In this document: piece after piece, positions 48,900-61,003 of the stretch
Layout: each line of letters opens with the position of its first letter
Position numbering within the stretch: position 1 is the stretch's first letter
NCBI GenBank assembly: GCA_951406725.2
Contig: OX597821.1
Coordinates: 39,680,001-39,744,000 of the forward strand
DNA length: 64,000 nt
From: Octopus vulgaris
Taxonomy: Eukaryota
Direction: 5' to 3'
Notes under the pieces: model-generated
What the model was told of the DNA's origin: nothing
Seen by the model: the letters and a program-made list of their open reading frames with translations, nothing else
Databases searched by the model: none
Program-made: the position numbers and the translations under genes

Positions 48900-49606
48900 G
48901 GCTGCTGCAGCTTTATTTATGTCTCTCAAACTTTGTTCCTGGCACTGAGCCTCCGTCCACCCATCCACATATTGTTTCACTTCACATCATCCCTGTTACC
49001 ATTTATTACCTCCCTGATCCACTGTTATTTTCTCCATTTTCTCTCTACCAACACTAATATTCACCAATACCACTCCTCCATCCATGTTTACCATTCATAG
49101 CATTCACTTCTCTCATAATTTCTCTCCATCAGCCATTCTTCTTGTCCACTCTTGCAAACTTATCTATCCACTCACCCTTTCCTTTGGTGCACTTCTCTCT
49201 GATATTCCTCTTTTTGTATTTTAAGGATATACCCTGAAACATCATCACCACTATTTTTTCTCTTCTTCCAACTGGACTAACCATGTATCTCTTCTACAGC
49301 AAAGCGCCTGTTTCAGTCCCCTCAACACTTGCTATGAAGCCCCTCCCTCTCTACTACATGCCCTCCTTTGAAGGGTTTTGCCTGGTGAGTTATTCAGTGG
49401 CCTTAATAGCACTGGTGTCAAGAAACGAAAAAAAAAAGCCTTCAGTACATTCTCATATAATATGGTTGTCATTAGGAAGGGCATTTAGCCACAAAGACCA
49501 TGCCGAAGCAGATACTGGAACTCAGGATAATCCTTTGGATCACCAGAAACTGTTGAGCTATCTAACCCTTGCCAACTTGGAAAATGGATGTTAAATGATG
49601 ATGATG
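48900..49606 (+). mobile_element. Degenerate RTE 3' UTR (pyrimidine-rich type) with family-C tail
   Basis: C/T-rich body followed by attaggaagggcatttagcc...ggaaaatggatgttaaatgatgatg. Confidence 0.55.
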
Positions 49607-49994
49607 GTAGCGGTGGCAGTGATGGCGATGATATATTTACAGGAAGGGTGCACCCACTATCACAGTAATGACACTAACACAACATGCACATTGGGAGAGA
49701 TCAATAAAGTAAAATATACGAAATATATTGAAAGTATATTTAGGTTTACAGTGATGTGAAGCTGAGAGAATATTGCTTCAGTATAAATGGTAAAAACTAA
49801 GTCACCCGAACTGGAATCAAAAGGTCTGGGAACAGTTTATAAAGACATCAAAGTTCAAGCCCAACCAGTATGGAACATGTTCATTATATTATAACAATGA
49901 CGGTGTTAATTCATGTCAAATAGAACTCTGCAGCTTTTCATTGGGTCAGAAATCATTGTTTATGCCTGGATGTTGTTAATATTAGAGTAGTTCT

Positions 49995-50210
49995 GGTGGT
50001 GAGCTGGCAGAATCATTAGCATGCTGGACAAAATTCTTAACTTTTGACACAAGTCTTTACATTCAGAGTTCAAATTCTGCTGAGGTTGACCTTGCCTTTC
50101 ATCCTTTTGGGGTCAATAAAATAGGTACATGTTGAGCGGAAGGGTTGATGTAATTGACTTATCCCCACCCCCAGACTTGCTGGTCTGGTGCCAAAATTCA
50201 AAACCAATAT
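49995..50210 (+). mobile_element. SINE family A, full length, with apparent TSD
   Basis: ggtggtgagctggcagaatcattagc...gtgccaaaattcaaaacc; aatattagagta occurs on both sides (49978 and 50207). Confidence 0.9.
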
Positions 50211-50619
50211 TAGAGTAATTTATTAAGTCATATTTCAATTTCTAACTGTAAAGTGTTTCGATATACCAAAATTTTCCTCAGACTTTTAAACACCCAAGGC
50301 TGATTTCAGTTGGTTCTAGCCAACAAGATATGTTATGGATTCCTGTCTAAGATTACAGATTCACTGATATGTGGGTATAATAGCCTTGCTGACTTCTGAG
50401 ACAAAGCCTAAAGAATAAATTGTTTAATGAATCTTGACACTCTTCCATCAACTCTTGTAGCCAAAATGGTGCCAAACATTCTGCTCTTATACTCTTTTGA
50501 ACCATACCAGCAATGGTGAGAGAAGGAGTTTGATGTTTGGGCAATTGAAAAGCTTTCAGTCAAAGGCTTATTATGTCTTGGAGTAACTTTTTATCATTAG
50601 AAAGAAAAAAATATTTGCA

Positions 50620-50925
50620 ATAGTTTTATCAAATTAGTGAAAGGGCTCATGGAGTGAAGTGGTATGGGCATGTATTGAGGAAGGATGAAGAGCATGTTGT
50701 GAGGAGGGTGATGGCGTTTGAGGTAAATTGAGCATGAAAGCGAGGTAGACTGAGGAAAAGGTAGAGGGAACAGGTGGAGGAGGAGATTGGGAGGGTTGGT
50801 TTGAAAAAGGATGACACTCAAAATTGGGCAAGATGGTGTGAGGGCAGTTGCTATGAAATTGAGGTAGATCCACCACCCCCCATTAATGGGGACAAAATCC
50901 GGATTTAAAAAACTGGATGTGGATG
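50620..50925 (+). mobile_element. RTE-clade LINE C-terminal fragment (different subfamily)
   Basis: Reads GVKWYGHVLRKDEEHVVRRVMAFEV...RGRLRK..EQVEEEIGRVGLKKDDTQNWARW. Confidence 0.8.
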
Positions 50926-52879
50926 ATAGTGGTTTAAAATTTATTGAATGAGTGTAAGTAAACCCTTTGTTTTCCATTTTGCCCGATTTATTTCTGTTTC
51001 TGAACAATATTCAGCTTTTTGTTGTTATTGTTTTTTTTAGCTTCAGCTCAGGCTTAGTTGAGCCGATGTGTGATCAAAAGCACTCAAACTGTGATTGTCC
51101 AGCCTTTGTTTAAAATATAATGAATCCTTTGAAAACTGTAGAATGTGGCTTGAAAAGAGTTGGCCTCTATTTCTAGCAAGCACTTAAAATGCAATCTTCA
51201 GCTGTTTGATATCATTAGGTGTTTGTTGCCATTAAAAGAAAAAGGGGGAAAATAAAAGAAGTTATTGGTAAATCACTGAAGCTGATAAATATTGGCATGA
51301 CCAGTACTGAGTCATGAGGCTGTTTTTTAAATTAATTCGAGAAATAAGTGTCTAAAGTCAAGCTAAATTGAGTGACATGATTACCTAATGACAGAAGATT
51401 ATGTCTTTTTTAGTCATGGGAGACAGATTATAAAATTATATATATAATGTGAACATAACAGAATTAACTCTAGTCTGTTGTAATCTTCAGCATAAAAGTG
51501 TTCTAGTTGTCAAAGAACTTACTCATACTACATCTTTTAAGATAATAGGTTTGTTGTGTCCCTTGGGGCAATTTACATTTAATCAAAACATCATTGATTC
51601 TATGAATGGTGAAACTTAATTCCAAACTATAAAAGGTTGATTAGTTTGACCTCAGCTATTCTCCAATCAATCTCATAGATTTCAGCCATAACCCAAAGAT
51701 AATAAATTTAGATGAATTCTTTACTGTGTTATGATGGCTTTCTTTCCAAATTAATTTCTGCAGAGGTATTTTACAAGTAACTGAAAGAGATTAAAATTTC
51801 AGTAGTTTAATTTTCCACAGCCTATAGCAATAAGAACAGAAAAGAAAAAACACTTAAAACTATTGAATATCACAAGTGTTTTCATTTTAACAAATATTTA
51901 AACAGCAGGAACATTTTACACTGATCATCTGCCACTTGTTTATTATAATCTTCCTCAGAGATCTCGTTCTCTGTATTATTCTCTCTACATACAAACTTAT
52001 ACCAAATAGTCTTAGTGAAATAGACATTCAGAACTTTACTGAACACTGAAGACCCAAATTAAAAAAAAAATAGTTATAGAGAACAAAAGTATAAGATGTT
52101 AACAAAGGATAGAAGAAGATTGTGGTGATGAAGAGATCACTTTCTACTGTAAGATGTGGCATACCAATAATTAGGAAATATGCCTATCGACGTACCATCT
52201 TCAATAATTGTTTAACAGTAATATTCAGATGCTTGGAGGAATTACTAAGACACATATCTTGTCTTAGATATGATGATTAGCCATCTTTATTAGGTAGTGA
52301 CTGGAGAATTGAAAATTCCTAGACTCACAATTCTACATGTCAAACTTCTCCTATTTCACCACGACCATCCACACTAACTATTTTTCATGTAAAAGAGAAT
52401 TTTGGTAAAGAGAGAAAATACTGCTTCTGGAGATGAAGTAACTTAGTTTATTTCTGGGCAGAGATGTGGAATCAACACCATTATTAATATAGTTTTGGGG
52501 TAGGAACAGGGAATTGGGCAAACATTTGGGCCTCAATAAACTCTACAGTGACATGAGTATAGTTGGGGGTCCAATCTTATTGCTTTCTTAGCTGGTTGTA
52601 TAACTCATTGTAGAAGTTTAAATAATTGTGTGAGGTCAAGTTTAGCTAAATGCAGATGGCAGTAACATTGGGTAGAATAAAGGGGCAGAGCTGCAGGAAA
52701 TATTTTAAAGCTTTTAGGCTATTATGATGACTACATATGAGGAATTCATGCAAATATTACAAATAAGTTTGAAAGATCCCGGTGGAATTAGAAGGTATTG
52801 ATGAGGTTTAGGGTGTGGTTGGCACCATAAATGCAAATAGATTTAGAATACATAAAAATTTAATCCTAAGGAAATAGAA

Positions 52880-53064
52880 TCCTGCTGGTGCCAGTGTCAC
52901 AGAAAGCACCCAGTCCACTCTGTACAATGGTTGGTGGTAGGAAGGGTATCTTGCCATAGAAACCATGTGAAAGCAGATGATGGAGCCTGGTGCAGCTCTC
53001 CAGCTTGTCAGCTCCTGTCAAACCATTCAACCCAGCATGGAAGACGGACGTTAAATGATGAGGA
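52880..53064 (+). mobile_element. Family-C (RTE) 3' tail
   Basis: gcacccagtccactctgt...taggaagggtatc...cagcatggaagacggacgttaaatgatga. Confidence 0.8.
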
Positions 53065-53778
53065 TAATATTAAGAAGAATATACAAATATTAGTTCTTTT
53101 AAACAGATTAATTAATGAAATTGACTTCCTAAATGACTATGGTTAGATGCCGAGATAGCAAAGACTTTCATTGATAACAAGAGCAACTTTTCACTGCTTT
53201 CTTACAACTGTTTTACTGACACCATTTGATTGTTAAAAATAATTCTTCGTTAGACATTGAAAGAGAAGCACAGCTTGAATTGTTTGTCTTACAATTGAAT
53301 TCTTACAATAAGAACTCTAGATTTATTGTTTTGAATTTAGAAGTTTGATGTCCCAATTTGTAATGAAATGGAAAGACACCTAATGAATGATGAACAGACA
53401 ATGAAGGAGAATTAAATGTTATATAAACTTCTTATGAAAACAATCCTACCGACAGATTCTCTCAGCTCCTCAGAGCAATGGCCATGAGACATGTCTTGGC
53501 CAAATCTGCATTATTCTTCAAGTGATGATTATTTATAGAAGATATTGTTTTCTTTCTTTGTTTTTAAATAGACCTAAATTACTGCATTTCCAAAACACAA
53601 GAACATTTTAATTTGGCTGAATAATAGATCTGACCAGGTACATTTAATGGTTGTAGCTCAGGGATAGGATCTGCATGAAACTATTGGTAATGGTGTTCTC
53701 ATAAGTTCATATAATTGCAATAACAGATTATGTAAGTGTGAGTATATGTGCATATATATGTGTGTATATATATATCTA

Positions 53779-54611
53779 TCATCATCATCATCATCGTTTA
53801 ACGTCCGCTTTCCATGCTAGCATGGGTTGGACGGTTCAACTGGGGTCTGGCAAGCCCGAAGGCTGCACCAGGCCAGTCAGATCTGGCAGTGTTTCTACAG
53901 CTGGATGCCCTTCCTAACGCCAACCACTCCGAGAGTGTAGTGGGTGATTTTATGTGCCACCGACACAGGTGCCAGACGAGGCTGGCAGACGGCCACGCTC
54001 GGATGGTGTTTTTTATGTGCCACCGACACAGGTGCCAGACGGGGCTGGCGGACGGCCACGCTCGGATGGTGTTTGTTACGTGCCCTCAGCACGGAGGCCA
54101 GTCGTTGCGGTACTGGCTACAATCACGTTCGGATGGTTTTCTTATGTGCCACCGGCACTGGTACCACAAGGATACAAATTCCATTGATGTTCATCTATTT
54201 TGATTTGGTTCGATTTGATTTGATTTGATTCGATTCGATTTTCACTTGCCTCAACAGGTCTTCACAAGTGTCACAAGAAGGAAGGTATGCACAGGTGGAC
54301 TGACTACGTCCCAGGTAGGGGCCACGGATTATGGCTTCACTAGTCTTGCCGGGTCTTCTCACACACAGCATACTTCCATAGGTCTCGGTCTCTAGTCATT
54401 TCCATGGTGAAACCTAACGTCCGAAGGTCGTGCTTCACCACTTCGTCCCAGGTTTTCCTGGGTCTACCTCTTCCACGGGTTCCCTCAACTGCTAGGGATT
54501 GGCACTTTCTCACACACCTATCTTCATCCATTCTCGCCACATGACCATACCAGCGCAATCGTCTCTCTTGCACACAACAACTGATGCTTCTTAGGTACAA
54601 CATTTCTCACA
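53779..54611 (-). mobile_element. Young 5'-truncated RTE-clade LINE (ORF C-terminus + complete 3' UTR, family C)
   Basis: ORF 54340..54603 CVQERRLRWYGHVARMDEDRCVRKCQSLAVEGTRGRGRPRKTWDEVVKHDL. The 3' UTR has (AAATC/GAATC)n, ~63-bp tandem units, the shared tail and (GAT)n. Confidence 0.93.
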
Positions 54612-54632
54612 AGGTACTAACGCTCTGTCGTT

Positions 54633-55212
54633 TTATTTGCACAGACATTTCATCGCACCATTTTCGCCTCTTCCCTGTTCCACCCTTTTGCCACCCCCAC
54701 CCATGCAGCCCCTCTGCAGCAAGAAATCCATTCTGCTCTGGTCTCTTCTCAAGGTACTATATATGTGGGTATGTGTAAAACATTTTAAATCTCTCTTATC
54801 CTCCCTCTTTCATGCTCTCTCTCATGTTCTTTCTCTCACTCCTTTCCCTTGTCCACTGTATCAGCTTTGGGCCCCCCTACCATTCACTATACTCACCTCT
54901 CAACCCTATCCAGTCTTTACAGTTGTCACCTACTCTTCCCTACTTCCCTTTCTTATACACAGCACTTGTTCTTCATTCATTATGTTCAACCCCTCACCCG
55001 TTCCTCATCTATCACTCTCCAAAACACTTCTACAACTGCTACCCACCTCACCACCAGTTCTTTTGCCACCATTCACATCTATCTGCTTCATTCCTTATTT
55101 GCACAGACATTTCATCGCACCATTTTCGCCTCTTCCCTGTTCCACCCTTTTGCCACCCCCACCCATGCAGCCCCTCTGCAGCAAGAAATCCATTCTGCTC
55201 TGGTCTCTTCTC
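54633..55212. repeat. 118-bp direct repeat (54633-54750 and 55095-55212)
   Basis: ttatttgcacagacatttcatcgcacc...ccattctgctctggtctcttctc appears twice with no difference that I could see. Confidence 0.95.
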
Positions 55213-55497
55213 TCATACTTTAACCTTTCATCCTCTCTTATAAAGTCAACTCTCATAGGTTTCCTAGTCTTGCAAGTGGCACGGTGACATCCTCACTAGA
55301 ACTGGTGGCACACAAAAAGCACCCAGTCCATGACATAAAGTGGTTGGTGAGAGAAAAGGCATCCAGCTGTAGAAACCATACAAAAGCAGAACATTGGAGC
55401 AAGATTCAGTCCTTGAACCAGTCAGATGCCATCAAACCATCGATTCCATGTCAGTATGTAACAAGGATGTTAACTGATGATGATGATGATGATGATG
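54785..55497 (+). mobile_element. Older RTE 3' UTR (pyrimidine-rich type) with family-C tail
   Basis: C/T-rich body, then cttgcaag...ctcactagaactggtggcacacaaaaagcacccag...ggcatccagctgtagaaacc...(GAT)n. Confidence 0.7.
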
Positions 55498-55598
55498 GTG
55501 GTAGCAGTGGTAGTGGTGGTGGCAGTATTATAGTCTGATGATAGCTAATTTACCAATTGGTTTCATACTTAAAAGGAATGGTATGGCATGAGTGTGTT

Positions 55599-56241
55599 CA
55601 TCATCATCCTCATCATTGTTTAACATCTGCTTTCCATGCTAGCATGGGTTGGACGATTTTGACTGAGGGCTGGCAAACCAGATGGCCGCATCAGGCTCCA
55701 ATCTTGATCTGGCAGAGTTTCTATAGTGGGATGCCCTTCCTAACACCAACCACTCCGAGAGTGTAGTGGGTGCTTTTTACGTGCCACCGGCACGGGGGCC
55801 AGTCAGGCGGTACTGGCAATGACCTCGCTCAAATCTTTTTACACATACCACCTCACAGGTGCCAGTAAGGCGGCATTGGTAACAATCACGCTCGAATGGT
55901 ACCCTTTTATGTACCACCAGCGCAGAAGCCAGTTGGCTGCTCTGGCAACGATCACGCTCGGATGGTGCTCTTGGCACCCTACTAGCACGGGCACAAGTGC
56001 CAGTAAGGCGACGCTGGTAACGATCACACTCGAATGGTGTCTTTTATGTGTCACTGGCACAGAAGCCGGTTAGCCGCTCTGTCAATGATCACACTCGTAT
56101 GGTGCTCTTTGCACCCCGCTAGCACGGATGCCAGTCATCGAATTTGATTTTGATTTTGATTTCTCTTGCTTCAACAGGTCTTCGCAAGCAGAGTTTAGTG
56201 TCCAAAGAAGGAAAAGGTGTGCATAAGTGGGCTGGTTACGC
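55599..56241 (-). mobile_element. Family-C (RTE) 3' UTR with 5 tandem hairpin units
   Basis: Tail at 55599-55790; ~66-70-bp units with gccag...ctgg stems at 55780-56110; (TTTGA)n near 56145. Confidence 0.9.
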
Positions 56242-56613
56242 TGCATTGTGTTATTTATATACCAACTTTATTAACCAATATATGGCCGTCTGTTTTTCCT
56301 GGCATGGATTTTTAGACAACTATACATAGTAGCAATGAATTAGTATTCTTAACAGCATGTCATGAATCGTGTCAGGAATTTTCTGCAAATTGCGGTAACA
56401 CTATTTCGGTCTTTCAAATTGTGTTTGAATCTCACAGTCAAAAAATTCCAGATTCTGAAATTCCTTGTTTTTTTGTATGATTTGGGCAATATCAAAAGAT
56501 TTGATGTAGATATGCAATAATAACTAAAATGTTGACAATATAATAAAAATGAAATTGAATTACAAAAATTGCAGAACCTACATTTTTTTGTGATTGAATC
56601 TCACATAGATAAA

Positions 56614-56673
56614 ATGTGTGTGTGTGTGCGTGCGTGTGTGTGTGTGTGTGCGTGTGTGTGTGCGTGTGTGTGC
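56614..56673. repeat. (TG)n/(TGCG) microsatellite
   Basis: Directly visible. Confidence 0.95.
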
Positions 56674-58354
56674 ATAACTGAAAGAGAAAGAAAGGAAGTG
56701 ACAAGGATGTGCAGAGATATAAATGTTAAAATATATGATGTAGAAATTTGTCACCTGTTTCACTGATATTTAAGGATATACCTTTATATAATAACATTTT
56801 CTAGGTGAACAAACTAAGGAATCATAAATACAAAATCATTTCAAAGACAGTTTTTCTCAAAACAATCTTTAAAGCCACTGTTCAGGAAAGTTTTTCTTTC
56901 TAAAAACTGAAAGCTTTATGAACATATTTTGTACATGAAAAAAGGAATTACCATTTTTATCTATTATTCAGTATATTCTTGAAACAGTATTTTATTTATT
57001 TATTTATTATTTGAATGTTATTTGCTGTTCCTTTTAAATAGTTCTAAAATATCATTTTGAAGCAGCTTTGTTCTGTAATTCTATTATGGAACTAACCAAC
57101 GCCATATTCTCTTCTCTTCAAAATTCCATGTAAAATCATATTCTAGATACGTAAAAGAAGTTAAGAATAAAAAGAATAAATCAAGAAAAATAGAGAAAAT
57201 AAAACAGAACTATAAAGATAGCTCAGTGTCATAAAATACTTTAGAGTCCTAATACTTTTTATGATTGGTTTGTACAGTAATTAATACCAGTAATTAATAC
57301 CAGCAGATAATATAAAGCAGATGGTCTTCGATTGTTTTATATCAGTAGAAACTGTTTCTATGTTGTGTTTTCTTTAGTTCTGCAAGCAGTTTATATGCAA
57401 AACAATCTCTAAATTAAAACAAAAACCTAACAACTCTGAGAACGGTAACAGGAATGTTGTAAATAATATCAATGACAGAAACAGTCTGGCAATATTCATT
57501 CAGCACAGAGTGCCAAGTGGATGGACTAAGCTGTTACAAAAGAAACAAACTTTAACAGTTTAATATGGAAATATCAGAATAAATTCTAGCTTTAAGGCAT
57601 AAACTAACATCGATTTAAGACATTTAAGTCACTGCATTTCAGTTTAATCACATTTTATAGGAATAAAACACGATTTAGTTTCAGTAAAATTGCTGACACC
57701 AGCCAAAAACATTAACAACAATTAACACGTATCAACTGACATGCGATAATACACACACAACACACACACAATAGTAAATTTAGTTAGAATGTGATAATTA
57801 TAATAGTAACATGATTATTTGAATCTCTGTCAACACACATACACACACACACGTACTCGCACACACACACACAAACACACGGAGGTCCAAACACATTTCA
57901 ATATGAAATGAGAATCTGAGATAACAAGGAATGGTTTCTAATGGTGAAATAGTCTGAGAGAAACGAATATTTTATACTGTGGAGTAGGAGAGAAGGCTTA
58001 ATGTTTTGGGTTGGACACATTGTTCAAGGAAGATGAACTGTTTACTTTGTGTTGGGGTGTAGTGAGGGTAGGGATTAATAAGTAGAAGAATAAAGGAGTA
58101 AGAGAGGTGGAGAGAGAACTGATAAGGGGAAATCAGGGTTAAATAACAAGTAATAATCAACTTGAAGAGAAAAACTAAAAGGAATGCTGGGAAATGTGTA
58201 AAACGATAATGGAACTTGGTAAGAAGAGATAAGAATATATATATACTTTTTATGTTCATTTAACTTTTGTTGTGGTTCCTGAATTTGTTGTTTGACACCT
58301 ATTTGCACACACACACACACACATGCATATATATCTACATCTCTCTCTATAGCT

Positions 58355-58426
58355 GTATGCATGTATGTATGTATGTATGTATGTATGTATGTATGTATGT
58401 ATGAATGTATGTATGTATGTATGTAT
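58355..58426. repeat. (TATG)n microsatellite
   Basis: Directly visible. Confidence 0.95.
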
Positions 58427-58472
58427 AGCTACTATGACCTCTTCTTGAGATTTTGCTTTGCTTATATATATC

Positions 58473-58927
58473 ATCATTATCATCATCGTTTTACGTCCGT
58501 TTTCCATGCTAGCATGAGTTGGACTGTTCGACCGGGGTCTGGGAAGCCAGGAGGCTGCACCAGACTCCTGTCTGATCTGGCAGTGTGTGTTTCTACAGCT
58601 GGATGCTCTTCCTAACGCCAACCACTCTGTGAGTATAGTGGGTGCTTTTTACGTGCGGCCGGCACAGAAGCCAGTCAAGGTGGTGCTGGCATCGGCCACA
58701 TTTAGATGGTTCTTTTTACATGCCACTGGCACAGAAGTCAGTCAAGGCGGCGCTGGCATTGGCCACGTTCAGATGGTGCTTTTTACGTGCCACCGGCACA
58801 GGTATCACAGCTACTATTTCCATTTGATATTTATTTCAATGTTCATGTACTTGACTCAATAGGTCTCCTCAAGCACAGCATGTTGTTCTGAAATCCAAGG
58901 TACTTTGAATGGGCTGGGGCTATGCGG

Positions 58928-58929
<2 letters not shown>
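58473..58929 (-). mobile_element. Family-C (RTE) 3' UTR with 2 tandem units
   Basis: catcatcgttttacgtccgttttccatgctagcatg...; ggcacagaagccagtcaaggtggtgctggcatcggccac occurs twice. Confidence 0.9.
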
Positions 58930-58964
<35 letters not shown>

Positions 58965-59493
58965 AATTATTGGAAAATGGAGAAAACCACAGTTTGACCA
59001 ACACATCCATTGGACCACATTTATAGCTTATCTTTTAATAGAAAGCATCACACAACAAACTAGGTGACGTAACATATCTTACAGCCATTAGTGATCGGAT
59101 TGCCAAAATGCAGTCTATACATAAATGCAAGAATAAGTTCTTCATCTTCACAGGGTGTTCCAATTAAGGTAATAGATCATCAGAGTGAAAAACAATATAA
59201 ACAAAAGCAAGAAAGAAGAGGAAAGAAAACATGGCTTAGACAAATAGGTGTCTACCTGTATGGTGTGCCTGCACACCATTGCCCAGGGATAATACAGGTA
59301 ACAAATACCAATAGTATATACGAATATTTTATCCCTTAGTCAGTTATTAAAACCACTAACTCTGTTTACATTTAGATTTATATATATATATATAGGGGGG
59401 GTGGTATATATGTATATATATCTATGTGTATATATATATATATATTAAGTATATGTATATATTTAAATATATATATGTATGTATGTATATATG

Positions 59494-59531
<38 letters not shown>

Positions 59532-59550
59532 ATATATATATATATATGTT

Positions 59551-59798
59551 TATAAACAATTCATAATTAAGGGCAAATGAAAAAATTTCTAATGCCAGAT
59601 ATGCCGAAAAATTGGACATATTGTCCATTAACCATATAATTTTTCACAATATGCACGCTACTCGGAAAAAGGTCGACAGAAATTTCTAAACCATTCCATT
59701 AGTACCACATCGGACTGATAATGGACAATATGTCCAATTTTTTGGCATATCTGGCATTAGAAATTTTTTCGTTTGCCCTTAATTATGAATTGTTTGTA
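59551..59798. repeat. 80-bp inverted repeat (59551-59630 / 59719-59798) with an 88-bp spacer
   Basis: Arms differ at 3 positions by my count; the module lies between (TA)n tracts. Confidence 0.93.
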
Positions 59799-59896
59799 GA
59801 TTTAACCTTTAAAGGTATTTTTTGATATGCTGGCCATTGATAAAATTTTTTTGGGGAAAAGAATATTTTTTTCGAAAAAAATTTTATCCTACATTA

Positions 59897-59962
59897 GATA
59901 TATATATATGTTTATATATACACATGTATATGTATGTATATATGTATGTATATATATATATG

Positions 59963-60026
<64 letters not shown>

Positions 60027-60078
60027 ACACACACACACATATATATATATATAGATGTACATATATGTATATATATAA
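59897..60078. repeat. (TA)n-dominated microsatellite
   Basis: Directly visible. Confidence 0.95.
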
Positions 60079-60142
60079 TAATAGAAAATGACAATACGTA
60101 TAATTAGATTAGTGTATCTAAATGTAAGACTTCTTTATCAAT

Positions 60143-60185
60143 GTACCTGAAGAGACTAAGACTGATGAGTTGAAACATGTTGTAC
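60143..60185 (+). ncRNA. Minimal type I hammerhead ribozyme motif
   Basis: Stem I gtac/gtac; core ctgaaga; stem II gact...agtt; gaaa; palindromic acatgt; triplet GUU. It sits in a ~140-bp module between microsatellites. Confidence 0.62.
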
Positions 60186-60799
60186 CTAACAAAATCCATC
60201 TCTACTATTAATTAAAATGTGTGTGTGTTTATATATATATATAGATAGATAGATAGATATACATGCATATATGTGAAACATTTTTGAAGTGTAATGATAT
60301 AATGTATGACAGACCATTGGAACTGTTGGCTGCATAGAAAGAAATGCTATATATAAACATTAATAAAGGTGACAATGAACTATGAAACCAAATTAGGATA
60401 TAAGGCAAAATTATTCAAATGGCTCAGCTGTTTGATATAGAACAACATATTAATATTATTATTATCATTACTATTGTTTCAGCTGATCCAACTTTAGTTG
60501 TTGTTCTAACCCCTGATCCCATATTAACACTTAACACATGTCTTGTTTTCATACACCTAACTGCCCCTTATATATACCTTGCCCTCTCTACTCATTCTCC
60601 AAGCCTCTAGTCTTTGTGATATAAATATTAAAAAATGCTTGCTGACTTTGATGAAAATCTTCTCACAGAATGGCAATGGTCTCCACACCACCATTCTTGC
60701 ATCATATAATTTTGCTTATTTACCATATCTGGTTCATGAGAATTCTCATTTGTAAACTTTGTTCACGTCTTTATTAATATGAATCCATTGCATTCTGAA

Positions 60800-61003
60800 A
60801 GGTGATGAACTGGCTGAAGGTTTAGCATGCTAAGCAAAATATTTCGTGGTATTTTGTTGGTCTTTATGTTTCCACTTCAAATTCTGCTGAGGTCGATTTT
60901 GCCTTTCATAATTTCAAGCTTGATAAAATAGATACCAGTTTTCTACTGGGGTAGATGTAATTGACCTACAATATCTTCCTTGTGCCAAAATTTGCAGTCA
61001 ATA
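60800..61003 (+). mobile_element. SINE family A, degenerate
   Basis: ggtgatgaactggc...ttcaaattctgctgaggtcgattttgcctttc...cttgtgccaaaatttg. Confidence 0.8.

Noticed and set aside
54637-55287. Longest ORF (216 aa) with an internal repeated peptide
   Set aside because: It arises from stop-poor pyrimidine-rich repeat sequence and the 118-bp DNA duplication; it has no domain-like features
55778-56135. CRISPR array
   Set aside because: The 'spacers' are homologous to each other, there are no cas genes, the genome is animal, and the array is part of an RTE 3' UTR
58962-59378. Another hammerhead-bearing module between (TA)n tracts
   Set aside because: The context is similar and ctgtaaga occurs on the minus strand, but no CUGANGA/GAAA core can be assembled
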